The notes below the pieces were generated by a model. It ran no database searches, was not told the DNA's origin, and worked only from the letters and a program-made list of their open reading frames with translations. A stretch of DNA of 64,000 bases from a virus. This document shows, one piece after another, positions 28,772 to 38,259 of the stretch (positions are counted from its first letter, which is position 1; every line of letters starts with the position of its first letter). The position numbers and the translations under genes were made by a program. The stretch covers positions 47,941-111,940 of the IMG/VR virus record IMGVR_UViG_3300020042_011666; one strand, given 5' to 3'.

Positions 28772-28802
28772 ATAACATACAAAAGATTTTTTAATCCTCC
28801 AA
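28772..28802 (-). promoter_or_regulatory. Bacteroidota sigma-A-type promoter upstream of the queC operon
   Basis: TTG-N20-TATGTTAT. Confidence 0.65.
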
Positions 28803-28803
28803 C

Positions 28804-29601
28804 TTAAAATTTATTAAGTTTATTAAAATATTCTAGGTTATATGTTAATAATTGGTAATCGATTTTTTCGGGTTCAATGTACATTACATCATCAATTCGA
28901 GTTTTAGGTTTAGTAATCAAACCATATTCTTTGTATTTAGTACCCTCAATAGTTGCAATGATAGGATTTGAGGTATCAATTGTATCTACAAATGTAAATC
29001 CTTGATAGTATAAAAATTCTTGAGGTAAGCAACATCCTAATAAGTGGATCTTATCACCTTGAGAAATTATTTTTACATTGTGGAAATGAGTAATAATAGA
29101 AATTCTACCTAACATTTTAGCCATATCTACATTAGGGTGTTTTACGTACTTAGCATAAAACGTTAATCCATATGGAAATGCAATCTTTTTATATCCTGAG
29201 AGTTTGTATGATTCATAACAACGGATTAAATCGTGCAATCCTAAACCTTGAACAACTGCTACTCTCATTACCTCCTCAGGCCAATCTTTCATATGAATCC
29301 ATTTTTCGGCATTAGCAATAGATAAATTAGCATTTTCCCAAACATCAGGAACAATAAATTCATTGGGTTTAAGTTCATTAATCCAATATATTAATCTTTC
29401 CCAATCATATGCCTCACCTAATTCATGGAGCGAGTTGTCCATAATAATGTAACGGCCTTCTTCTTTAGCACGACGGAAGTAATTCTCATACTCCGGTTCC
29501 TTGTCTAATAAATGAGGCAAACAGTAATCATAATCATTAAACTGCTTACTATCTTCGAGCAAGCATAATGGGGTTTCGTGTGATTTCTTAATAAACGACA
29601 T
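28804..29601 (-). CDS. TGT-fold guanine transglycosylase-like protein (DpdA-like 7-deazaguanine insertion enzyme)
   Basis: Ordered TGT barrel motifs IMDNS, VPDV, VVQG, IHLLG, IDTSNP; no C-terminal TGT Zn site; next to queC/D/E; start reassigned to MSFIKK. Confidence 0.7.
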   Translation of the reverse strand: MSFIKKSHETPLCLLEDSKQFNDYDYCLPHLLDKEPEYENYFRRAKEEGRYIIMDNSLHELGEAYDWERLIYWINELKPNEFIVPDVWENANLSIANAEKWIHMKDWPEEVMRVAVVQGLGLHDLIRCYESYKLSGYKKIAFPYGLTFYAKYVKHPNVDMAKMLGRISIITHFHNVKIISQGDKIHLLGCCLPQEFLYYQGFTFVDTIDTSNPIIATIEGTKYKEYGLITKPKTRIDDVMYIEPEKIDYQLLTYNLEYFNKLNKF

Positions 29602-29614
29602 ATTATCTTCTACA

Positions 29615-29645
29615 TAAATATACAAAAGAGGGCTTGTAAAACCAA
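29615..29645 (-). promoter_or_regulatory. Bacteroidota sigma-A-type promoter overlapping a terminator
   Basis: TTG-N20-TATATTTA. Confidence 0.65.
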
Positions 29646-29656
29646 GCCCTTCTTTT
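29624..29656 (-). terminator. intrinsic terminator after nrdJ
   Basis: Perfect stem AGGGCTTG/CAAGCCCT, 6-nt loop, T-rich flanks. Confidence 0.75.
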
Positions 29657-29670
29657 ATTTTTTGATTAAT

Positions 29671-31524
29671 TTAAATTATTTCGCACGCACCTCCGGCACA
29701 AGCTGCTTGGTCCATCAATGCTGTATTGTCACTAATTTCAACTACTTTTGACAAGTCTAACAAATGAAGTGGTTTAATAGCCTCGTTAAATTGTTCTTCA
29801 GTAATGGTTTCGAAAGGAGCTTGAACATAAGTACCTAAGTCCTCAGGTAAGAATGATAATGCTGTAAAGTATTCTTTATTGTCATATAGCCAATCTCCAA
29901 CCCCAGCCCATTCATCTTTTTTAATAGTTACTGTAGCTGATACATTATGCATGTTATTTCCTTTTCTATGGCCTGGTTTAATCCAATTTTTATTAATTGT
30001 TTTAATACGCTCTAATAAATCCATAGCTGATTCACTACGCGTAATTGAACCTTCTGGAGAACGCTGAGGAATAGATAATACTGATTGTAATGTAGGTTTA
30101 AATACATCATCCTCTAGCATTTCAGGGTGGTAAACAGATAAGTATGAGTATAACGCCTCATTTTTGCCTAAACGGATTCGACGCATGTAAAAATCATCGT
30201 GCCAAGCATGGATACCTGAGCTAGTACCTAGTACTAATGATGTAGTACCTGAAGGTTTAACTGTAGTTACACGAGCTGCTTTGTTAATACCTAAAATAGC
30301 TGCTACTCTTTCATTTTCATCACAAGCGGCTTTAGCTGCTTCTTTCATATTTAATTTAAATACAGCACCTGAGGCAATACCTGTCATTCCAATACCTAAT
30401 AATGCTTCTTTTTCGGTTGTTTTTTTCCAAATATCTCTTAAGTAATGGAAATCAGTATAAGAGGCTTGTAGTGTACCAATAAAAGCTGCTGCTTTAGATC
30501 GTGCATTGTATTCCTCTTGTGTTTCAATGTCTGAAGCATTAATTTCACATAGGTTACAGAATTGATTAGCTTTTAAATTAATTTCAGCACAAGGGTTTGT
30601 TCCAGCATCTTTATCGTTTGTAAACAAGAAACCAGGTTCACCACTATTAGAGGCCTCAATTTTTTTCCACAGTCCGAAGAATGTGTCTTTATCAATTTTG
30701 TTACGAAGCAACACTGCTGAGTTATTAGAACGACCACGTTGTGGGTTATGTTCCCACCAGTTGCCAAATTTGCAAGTTAGCATATCCTCATCGTGTAAAT
30801 TAAACAATGCGATCAAAGCCGCCCTACGAATACCTCCGGACAACACAGCATCAGCTAAGTGACAAATAATGTCGTGACATTCTAAAGTTGTTAATCTTTC
30901 ACCATCGTTTTTACGGTCTAAAATCGCTTGCATATGTACTAAAGCAATTTTCAATGGCTCAGGACCTGGTGCTTTACCTCCAACTGTAATTAATGATGCA
31001 CCTTTAGGGCGGATATCACGGAAGTCAAATAATGGGGCGGTTGTGGTGTAACCAAAATAAGCTTTAGTTAACATACGAACAGCATCAGCCCATCCTTCAA
31101 TAGAATCACCTACTAAATAACGCTTTGATTTTAAAGGTTTTCTAATTTCGGGTAATTGCTCAACGTGGTGAGTTTGTACTGAGTATCCTACTCCACAACC
31201 TGAAAGCAATAGGAACATAATTTCAGAGAATGCCCTGTGGTCATCAATTGGTAAGTAAGAGCAGTTAAAGATACGAGAGTTGTTAATGGAAATAGGTTTA
31301 CCTGCAAATTGCATTGAGCGCATTGAAGGTAATACTTTTTTCTCATATACATACTTGTATGCAGCTTCAATTTCTTCAGCTAAATTTGGAAATTTATCCA
31401 AATGCATTGTTTTATTGCGTGTAACGAGTTCTTCCCATGTTTCACGTCGATTTTTTTCAGGGACGTATTTGGCGTATTTAAGGTACACGGTTACATCCGA
31501 CAAGATATTTTGTTCGATATTCAT
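29671..31524 (-). CDS. nrdJ: class II adenosylcobalamin-dependent ribonucleotide reductase (monomeric RTPR type)
   Basis: RETWEE, LPSMR, FNC, GGIRRAA, GTNPCAEI, TVKPSGT, C-terminal ACAGGACE; no small subunit gene. Confidence 0.9.
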   Translation of the reverse strand: MNIEQNILSDVTVYLKYAKYVPEKNRRETWEELVTRNKTMHLDKFPNLAEEIEAAYKYVYEKKVLPSMRSMQFAGKPISINNSRIFNCSYLPIDDHRAFSEIMFLLLSGCGVGYSVQTHHVEQLPEIRKPLKSKRYLVGDSIEGWADAVRMLTKAYFGYTTTAPLFDFRDIRPKGASLITVGGKAPGPEPLKIALVHMQAILDRKNDGERLTTLECHDIICHLADAVLSGGIRRAALIALFNLHDEDMLTCKFGNWWEHNPQRGRSNNSAVLLRNKIDKDTFFGLWKKIEASNSGEPGFLFTNDKDAGTNPCAEINLKANQFCNLCEINASDIETQEEYNARSKAAAFIGTLQASYTDFHYLRDIWKKTTEKEALLGIGMTGIASGAVFKLNMKEAAKAACDENERVAAILGINKAARVTTVKPSGTTSLVLGTSSGIHAWHDDFYMRRIRLGKNEALYSYLSVYHPEMLEDDVFKPTLQSVLSIPQRSPEGSITRSESAMDLLERIKTINKNWIKPGHRKGNNMHNVSATVTIKKDEWAGVGDWLYDNKEYFTALSFLPEDLGTYVQAPFETITEEQFNEAIKPLHLLDLSKVVEISDNTALMDQAACAGGACEII

Positions 31525-31529
31525 AGTTT

Positions 31530-32903
31530 TTAATAATTTGTAGGGTTAAGTTCAAAAAATCTTTGTGATAACATAGACTTATCAACGGAGTCAATTTGGT
31601 TAGAATAGGCACTTTGTTTTTGTTGAGGTTCATCTTCTTCAAAGTTTTCACCTAATATATCAAAATGTCCTGTAGTAGTATCAATTTTTGTATTGAATGT
31701 TAAACCATCCATGCCATATCTGTTTTTCATAATGTGAAATCTTCCTAGTCCACTAACTTTATCTTGCCGTTTACGTGATAAGGATATAGCAACATCAGCA
31801 ATCATAAGTTTATCATATGAGCCGGCCGCTTTATCGCCTTCAATAATATCGTCTTTTGCACCAGCTCGGTTTACTTGTGAGGCAGTCCAAACAGGGATAT
31901 TAAGTTGTCGGGCAAGACTTTTAGTACTGATATAAATATCATCTATCTCATCTTTCCGTTCTTTATTTTTGCGAAAAGATGAAAGAAGATCAACATAGTC
32001 AATAATAACTAAATCTGGCTTCATCTCAGAGTCAGAGCACTTCTGGATGTGTGATTCTATTGTAGAAATTGATGCTTTTCTAGGCGCGTATTCTTTAATA
32101 ATTAACTTACCTGGTAAGGCATCTATGGCAGTTTGTACTTGATCTCTGTGGTTATGTACTTCAGCAACACTAACTCCTGAAAAATAAGCATCGTACCGTT
32201 TACCTACATATCCTTCACCTAATTCTAAGGTATAGTGAACAACATTAAATCCTAATTCAACAGCGTGTGCACCCATAGCAATAAGGCACCAAGATTTACC
32301 ACCACCTGGTGAGCCAAATACGATTCCTAAATCGCCATTACCTAAACCATTTTGTAATAGTTCATTAAATCGTTCAAAAGGAGTTGGAATAACACTGCGG
32401 TGTTCGTTTCGGTAACGTGACTCGATATCTTTGACATACTCGTGGCCAATATTTTTGTCTTGACCCGCTTTTAACGCGCTATCAATGAGGAAACGAATGG
32501 AATCATAGTCCCCCATGTTCAGCATCTCTACACTTGAAAATAACGCATTTTTTAATTGTTGGTTTTTGCAAAAAGTAGCAAATTCTTTTTCAACATATTC
32601 AATATCCTCAGCAGCCTCAAATGTTCTATAACATTCTCTTAATTGTTCAACTAGGGAAACTTTTAGAATTTCATTTTCAATCTTTTTAACTTCAACCTGG
32701 AAGTACTCAAGGCTAGGGACTGTGTGGTATTCTTGATAATATTTTAAGGTTTGTTGAATTAACCATTTGTGTGATGAGTTATCAAAATATTCATCTGATA
32801 AAATATCATGTATTGTCTGTAAGAATTTTTTATCATTCAATAAACAGGCAATTACTTTGGTTTGGAATCCTGTCCCATACTGTGCTAAACTTCCTAACGT
32901 CAT
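31530..32903 (-). CDS. replicative DNA helicase (DnaB / T4 gp41-like)
   Basis: GSPGGGKS, YTLEL, IIDYVDLL, WTASQVNR, KNRYG. Confidence 0.93.
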   Translation of the reverse strand: MTLGSLAQYGTGFQTKVIACLLNDKKFLQTIHDILSDEYFDNSSHKWLIQQTLKYYQEYHTVPSLEYFQVEVKKIENEILKVSLVEQLRECYRTFEAAEDIEYVEKEFATFCKNQQLKNALFSSVEMLNMGDYDSIRFLIDSALKAGQDKNIGHEYVKDIESRYRNEHRSVIPTPFERFNELLQNGLGNGDLGIVFGSPGGGKSWCLIAMGAHAVELGFNVVHYTLELGEGYVGKRYDAYFSGVSVAEVHNHRDQVQTAIDALPGKLIIKEYAPRKASISTIESHIQKCSDSEMKPDLVIIDYVDLLSSFRKNKERKDEIDDIYISTKSLARQLNIPVWTASQVNRAGAKDDIIEGDKAAGSYDKLMIADVAISLSRKRQDKVSGLGRFHIMKNRYGMDGLTFNTKIDTTTGHFDILGENFEEDEPQQKQSAYSNQIDSVDKSMLSQRFFELNPTNY

Positions 32904-32906
32904 AAC

Positions 32907-33947
32907 TTACTTTCTAAAACTATTTAATACTTTAAAATTTTCTGGTAACCAGTAACTGATGTTTTTTAAGATATTTCCTAGACCATCCTCATTACATAAA
33001 TGGGTAAATGAGGGAATGTCTAAAGAAGGTACTTGTTTATCAATTACTTCCTTGAGTATACGAATCTGACTTTCATCTACCAAAGGATTCTGTAAATCCA
33101 TTAACTTATAATTAATGCGTAAATTGTTCTCTTCAAACACTATTCGGGAATATACAATGTGTTCTTTATACTTTTCGGCACTAATGCTAAGGATATCATC
33201 TAATGATAAAGTACGATCAATTAATTCTGGGAATTTTTTAAGTAATCCTTTTTCACCTAGACCTTTAATGCCCTGGACTTGGTCAGATTTATCTCCTAAT
33301 AATGTTTTATAAATGATAAAATTAGATGATAATATTCCAAATTTTTCTTTTACAGTATCAGGGGTATAAAACTCTTTTTCAGTTGGACGGTATACAGTAA
33401 TATTTTCATTTACTAATTGTATAAAATCTTTATCGCTAGATACAATTACTACTTTAGATTTGCCTAAATTATGATAATAAATAGCTAAATACGCAATAAC
33501 ATCGTCGGCTTCGGCCTTATCTAGTGAAATTATATTAACAGGTAAACAACGTAAATAATGTATTAATCTAGATATTTGGTCAACTTTAGCATCATTTTCT
33601 TCCTCTAAACTATCAAATATATCCCAATTTGTAATTCGAGTAATGTTACGATTTGATTTATACTCGGGAAGTAGGTTCTTCCTGTTAAGAGAAGAACCCA
33701 TTCCGTCAAATACTACGTAAACTGAGGTTGGTTGGTTTAATTTAATTAAAGAACCTAGTGAACGAAGAAACCCTCCTAATCCACCAATATGTACTCCATT
33801 TTGGTTTACATAATTGATCATAGCAAAGTTTCTAAAAAATAGATTTAAACCATCTATTAATAATACTCTACTATTTTGGTCAAATGAATGTACTGTTTCC
33901 TCTTGCTTTATGTTATCAAGCAGCTTAAGTAGATCACTATTCTTCAT
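32907..33947 (-). CDS. 5'-3' exonuclease / flap endonuclease (T4 RNase H-like)
   Basis: LIDGLN, VVFDG, YKSNR, EADDVIA, SSDKDF, GDKSD...GIKGLGEK. Confidence 0.93.
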   Translation of the reverse strand: MKNSDLLKLLDNIKQEETVHSFDQNSRVLLIDGLNLFFRNFAMINYVNQNGVHIGGLGGFLRSLGSLIKLNQPTSVYVVFDGMGSSLNRKNLLPEYKSNRNITRITNWDIFDSLEEENDAKVDQISRLIHYLRCLPVNIISLDKAEADDVIAYLAIYYHNLGKSKVVIVSSDKDFIQLVNENITVYRPTEKEFYTPDTVKEKFGILSSNFIIYKTLLGDKSDQVQGIKGLGEKGLLKKFPELIDRTLSLDDILSISAEKYKEHIVYSRIVFEENNLRINYKLMDLQNPLVDESQIRILKEVIDKQVPSLDIPSFTHLCNEDGLGNILKNISYWLPENFKVLNSFRK

Positions 33948-35019
33948 CCGTTAATCCCAAAGGGATATCACGCGTTGACTCATCCCAATCTGAAGTATCT
34001 TCAATAACATCAAATTTACCATCACCTAAAATATTTTTCCATTCGCTAGAGTGGGCTTTCTTATAAGTATCGATATCTTTTTTATCATCTTCAATAAAAC
34101 CATGTATAGTGGCAATTACAACACTCTTAGTTTGTAATCCTGTAACGTGGTTTTTATCACAAGATACTTTGGTTCTTACAGCAAATTCAACTTCTTTACC
34201 GTCTTTAGTTGCTTTAATTTTACTAGTACCACTATTAGTGATATTACCAAAAGTTAAAACAATAGATGCATCCAAAAACATAGTTTCACCGTTTTTCATT
34301 TTCATTTTAGGTTGTGCCATAATGTTTTCGGCAGGGGCAACCCAAATTTTATTGATAGCTACCATTGTATTAGTATAAGGTGCTGTTTCTTTTCTAGATA
34401 ACGGAAAACGTTGATTAATAAAATTACCAAATTGTTGAGACATTGCTCCTGCGTTCCACATTGGGTTGTTCTTATTTTGTTCAACACTCATTTTACATGG
34501 TATTGAACCAATTGAATCCCAGAAGAAACATAAATCATAAGGTAAATTACCTTTTTTCTGTTCATCTAACAAATCGGCAATGAATTCAGCTACGTCTTCA
34601 ATTGTACCTAAAGATGACCTATCTTTGTAGATAAAAAATCCATTATGGTCAGTTACCTCACCTGTTTCGGGATCAATAACATCATTTAACTGGAAGCCCA
34701 TTATTCTAGCGTGTTCCCAAGACCATTTCATTTCAGTAATGATGAATACGGGTAAAATGTTCATTTTTTGAGCGCTAATAGCTAACTCAAGCAATGCTGT
34801 AGTTTTACCTGTGTTACTATGGCCTCGTAACAACGTAATGTGTCCCATTGGGGCTCCAACAACCGAAATTGATTGTTGGAGTGCATTTGAAAAGGGAATC
34901 CACCTTTGTTCCTTAAATTTTACGTTTGTGTTAAGAAGTTTTTTCTCTTTAAAACGCTCAAGGTCAAAGTTTCCCTGGATTTCTGAGGCTACAGCCTCAG
35001 TTAGTGATTTTTTGGCCAT
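33937..35019 (-). CDS. uvsX: RecA/UvsX-like recombinase
   Basis: Walker A GHSNTGKTT, FFWDSIGS, VAINK, KNH. Confidence 0.85.
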   Translation of the reverse strand: MAKKSLTEAVASEIQGNFDLERFKEKKLLNTNVKFKEQRWIPFSNALQQSISVVGAPMGHITLLRGHSNTGKTTALLELAISAQKMNILPVFIITEMKWSWEHARIMGFQLNDVIDPETGEVTDHNGFFIYKDRSSLGTIEDVAEFIADLLDEQKKGNLPYDLCFFWDSIGSIPCKMSVEQNKNNPMWNAGAMSQQFGNFINQRFPLSRKETAPYTNTMVAINKIWVAPAENIMAQPKMKMKNGETMFLDASIVLTFGNITNSGTSKIKATKDGKEVEFAVRTKVSCDKNHVTGLQTKSVVIATIHGFIEDDKKDIDTYKKAHSSEWKNILGDGKFDVIEDTSDWDESTRDIPLGLTDEE

Positions 35020-35021
35020 AG

Positions 35022-35834
35022 TTAGAAGGGTAGATCATCATCATCGCCAAACAAAGAGTCAAATTTGTCTGTTTTGCTTTCTTTAGGAGTTAAAGCATAA
35101 TTTGGCTTCATAGGCTGTACAACTTCTTCTTCCTCGGCTTCAACTGTAGATGCAGGAGCTGCTTCCTCAGGATTTAACCACTCTTGCAACAAACGCTTCA
35201 TTTCATCAAACTCATAACGCTTGTACAAGTCAGTTGGGCTAGGTTGTTCGACTAGCATTTTCTCAGCTGCTTCTTTGTTTTCAACTAAAGGTGTTTGTTT
35301 AGTTTTAACACGAATAGATGATTTGTTGTAGGCAGTACCAGTAACATCTGGTCCAACTGTGTCTACAGTAATGTCTCTACCTTCATAGATGTCAGTGTAA
35401 TCCCCGATATCCTCATCATCCGCAATTGATAAGAATTCTAGGTACAATTCTTTACCAAATTCCCACAAACGAACACCTAAATGCTCTTCACCACGAACAA
35501 TTACGGGTGCAAAAATACGCATTTTAGGATCTAACTTTTTAGCTAATTTCCAATTTTCCTTGTCTTGAGATTGACGGAGTTGTTTTGCAAACTCAACAAT
35601 AGGATCTTTGTCGCCAAAGTTTAGGGGAGAAATCATTGTACGGTTTCCAATTCCATAGTGGAAGTACAATTCTTTAAATGGGTTCGTTTTATCGAACGCG
35701 GAGGGGACGATTCGGATAACCTGTTTACCAACCGAAGGTTTCCAAAAGAATTTTTTGCGATCTTCGCCCGAGTTTTTCTTACCGGGTTTCTGCTGCATGG
35801 CATTTAGCCTCTGTTTAATTTGGTTTAAATCCAT
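35022..35834 (-). CDS. single-stranded DNA-binding protein (T4 gp32-like)
   Basis: FWKP, IRIVP, FHY, GVRLWEFGK, DYTD..EGRD; acidic tail DDDDLPF. Confidence 0.85.
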   Translation of the reverse strand: MDLNQIKQRLNAMQQKPGKKNSGEDRKKFFWKPSVGKQVIRIVPSAFDKTNPFKELYFHYGIGNRTMISPLNFGDKDPIVEFAKQLRQSQDKENWKLAKKLDPKMRIFAPVIVRGEEHLGVRLWEFGKELYLEFLSIADDEDIGDYTDIYEGRDITVDTVGPDVTGTAYNKSSIRVKTKQTPLVENKEAAEKMLVEQPSPTDLYKRYEFDEMKRLLQEWLNPEEAAPASTVEAEEEEVVQPMKPNYALTPKESKTDKFDSLFGDDDDLPF

Positions 35835-35853
35835 AATAACTTTTATTTACATC

Positions 35854-35884
35854 ATAACATACAAAAAAAGGCTTGTTTTACCAA
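35854..35884 (-). promoter_or_regulatory. Bacteroidota sigma-A-type promoter upstream of SSB
   Basis: TTG-N20-TATGTTAT. Confidence 0.65.
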
Positions 35885-35889
35885 ACCTT
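35863..35889 (-). terminator. intrinsic terminator
   Basis: AAGGUUUG/CAAGCCUU stem (one G-U) plus U-run. Confidence 0.7.
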
Positions 35890-35900
35890 CTATTATTTTT

Positions 35901-36200
35901 TTATTGAGCTTTTTCTATTTCATATCTAGGTTCCTCATAACCTATAGTTCTATTTATATAGTCGTCAAATGAATAAGTATTAAGAAATTCTTCTTCAGAT
36001 AACTCAGTATCTTCATTGTCCCACATTGGCGCCCAAATATAACCAAGAGCTGCGTCTTCTGCTTCTTTTTTAGTACGAAATACTTCTACATCTGCGTCAC
36101 ATTCTCTATCAATATCCCAAATTGTTTTTAGTATGTATATTCCCTTAATTCCACCAGGTATAACTTTTATTTCATTTAGTATGTCAATTAGTTTAATCAT
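35901..36200 (-). CDS. acidic hypothetical protein, possible head-internal protein
   Basis: N-terminus MIKLIDILNEIKVIPG. Confidence 0.55.
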   Translation of the reverse strand: MIKLIDILNEIKVIPGGIKGIYILKTIWDIDRECDADVEVFRTKKEAEDAALGYIWAPMWDNEDTELSEEEFLNTYSFDDYINRTIGYEEPRYEIEKAQ

Positions 36201-36646
36201 AATTCAACAATTTTGTAGATTTTAGTTCGTAGTTGTTTTAACTCATCGTGCTGAGTGAGTAAAATTGTATTTTTATAGTGTTGCCAATTAATTCTATAAT
36301 TTATATCAACAACACCATCATTTAATTTTTTAATCAATTCATTTAATGCATTAATTGTATATAACGTATTTGATTCTTTTTTACGGTGTACTAAAATAGT
36401 ATTATATGGAATTTCATCAATTTCTGTTTCCATAATGTTGTAAGTACAAACGTACTCGTTATTACTTTTTATATATAAAACAAATATTTTATTGTATGCA
36501 ATTGTATAATAATTCTTTATATCCTCTATAAATCCATCAATTTGTTGTTCTTCAACAAACGAGCAAAATAACTTATTGGTAAGCGCCATATCTTCAGTAT
36601 GGCTATAAATATCATAGGGGACGAAGGTTGTTGTAGTTAATTCCAT
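36197..36646 (-). CDS. hypothetical protein
   Basis: ORF track; TILVHRKKESNTLYTINALN looks like a conserved block. Confidence 0.65.
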   Translation of the reverse strand: MELTTTTFVPYDIYSHTEDMALTNKLFCSFVEEQQIDGFIEDIKNYYTIAYNKIFVLYIKSNNEYVCTYNIMETEIDEIPYNTILVHRKKESNTLYTINALNELIKKLNDGVVDINYRINWQHYKNTILLTQHDELKQLRTKIYKIVEL

Positions 36647-37889
36647 GTTGTGTTTTTACTGTTAATCCTTGTTGTGTAAATATGTTGTGTATATCGTTTA
36701 ATAATTCATCCCCATCGCTTTCCGCATAATCAAGCAAAATAGAATCATATACATATAGTATAGGTTTTGTTTGTTTTCCTTTTAATAATTCAATTATTTT
36801 ACGCAATATGGTAGCGTTAAGCGATGTTTCATAGTTTTGAAGTATATAATTAAACAATTTATATGGGTTAGGGTTGTCGATGTTTTCAAGGCAATAACTT
36901 GAAAACGGCACGATAAATTTGCCTGAGTTATTGTAAAGTCTCCAGTTATTGTCTATATATTCTTTGCATTTAGCAAAGAAGGGTATGTCTAGATATTGTT
37001 CTTGGATACCCCCATATAATTGTCTAAATACATTTTCTTTACCTACTTGCTCATATAATTGAGAAATATCAAAATCACCACCAATTAATTTATTGGCTAA
37101 TGTAGGGTGATAAGATGAAATGTCAAATTCAACTAAGTAATCGTTTTGAGCAATAAACGACTTACGGGCGCCACTTTCTTTATTTAGGGCAGCAAAATTA
37201 ATGCCATTAAAGCTATTAGATGGTCTCCTTGTTGTTGTGTAAAGGTTGTATTGAGTAAATATTTTATCATCGCTGATTGAATAGGATTCATATAGTATTT
37301 CATAAAATTTATCAAGGTCGTGTTTATCAATTTTTATTCCATTTTTTTCAATCATGTAAAAAACAGGAGCAACATTATTGTTATAAAAATGAAAATGGGG
37401 TGGTTTATCCATAAATAAAACGGGTTGAATTTTATCGTAAATTAATTCACAACGTTCATAGTGTTTTACAATAGGGATAATTTTGTTTATATTATCTCGT
37501 TCTCCGTATTTCTGATAAAAAAACTGGTGGACTGGGGTATTAAAGTCTAACTTTTCAATGTTAGATATAAAGTTTATGTCCTGAATGTTGTGGTGTTTGA
37601 AATGATATAGTGCTGCTTTTTTATCTCGCACATATATTGTGTCAAAGGAATCGAATAATTCTTTTAATAGTTTAATGTTGACCGAAAATGAATCGTTGTG
37701 GTCAATAGGGAACATAAATCCCTTTTTATATCCTACAGGACGAACATAAAATAAACAAGGAGTGGTTAATGCGGGATGATAATTATCATTATTTTGGATA
37801 ATTTCTACAAATACCTCACTAATGTCTTTATTTTTATTGACATCAATAAAGTATTGTAATTGTTTATTATTTTCGACGAGCCAAAACAC
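36612..37889 (-). CDS. minimal family A DNA polymerase-like protein
   Basis: IEKNGI, TTTRRPSN, motif A EFDISSYHP, motif B KENVFRQLYGG, FNYILQ, motif C YVYDSIL; GTG start. Confidence 0.8.
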   Translation of the reverse strand: MFWLVENNKQLQYFIDVNKNKDISEVFVEIIQNNDNYHPALTTPCLFYVRPVGYKKGFMFPIDHNDSFSVNIKLLKELFDSFDTIYVRDKKAALYHFKHHNIQDINFISNIEKLDFNTPVHQFFYQKYGERDNINKIIPIVKHYERCELIYDKIQPVLFMDKPPHFHFYNNNVAPVFYMIEKNGIKIDKHDLDKFYEILYESYSISDDKIFTQYNLYTTTRRPSNSFNGINFAALNKESGARKSFIAQNDYLVEFDISSYHPTLANKLIGGDFDISQLYEQVGKENVFRQLYGGIQEQYLDIPFFAKCKEYIDNNWRLYNNSGKFIVPFSSYCLENIDNPNPYKLFNYILQNYETSLNATILRKIIELLKGKQTKPILYVYDSILLDYAESDGDELLNDIHNIFTQQGLTVKTQHGINYNNLRPL

Positions 37890-37907
37890 TTGATATAACC
37901 TTTTATC

Positions 37908-37938
37908 TTAATATACGATAAAAGATTTAAAAGATCAA
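37908..37938 (-). promoter_or_regulatory. Bacteroidota sigma-A-type promoter upstream of the PolA-like gene
   Basis: TTG-N20-TATATTAA. Confidence 0.65.
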
Positions 37939-37967
37939 ATTTTTTAAATTAAAATTATTCGTGTTAT

Positions 37968-38258
37968 TTAAAAAGAAATCCAGAACTTTTCTTTGTTAGC
38001 TATAAGATCACTATAATCTAAAAAAGGATATTGATTTTGAAGCATATCTAATGCTAACTCAAAAGCACGTTCATATTCATCTCTATAATCTAAATCTAAT
38101 CCTTCTTCTTCAGCTATATCCTTTATATATAAGTACATATATTCTTCTTGATTTATTTTAGGACCTACTTTTCCAGGTATAGCTTTAATTTCCTCTAAGC
38201 GAGAATTTTCAGTTAATTTGTTTTCTATTAAGAATTGTGTTAAATTAAATTTATCCAT
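37968..38258 (-). CDS. acidic hypothetical protein, possible head-internal protein
   Basis: MDKFNLTQFLIENKLTENSRLEEIKAIPG; TATTTATA motif upstream. Confidence 0.55.
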   Translation of the reverse strand: MDKFNLTQFLIENKLTENSRLEEIKAIPGKVGPKINQEEYMYLYIKDIAEEEGLDLDYRDEYERAFELALDMLQNQYPFLDYSDLIANKEKFWISF

Positions 38259-38259
38259 G

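Noticed and set aside
28804-29601. Canonical tRNA-guanine transglycosylase (tgt) for queuosine
   Set aside because: Too short, lacks the C-terminal Zn site, and no queF/queA in the window; phage context favours a DNA-directed DpdA-like role
16424-29601. Bacterial chromosomal origin suggested by groEL, iscA, folE, hpt and que genes
   Set aside because: These genes are interleaved with T4-like replication and tail genes on one strand with phage-like gene density
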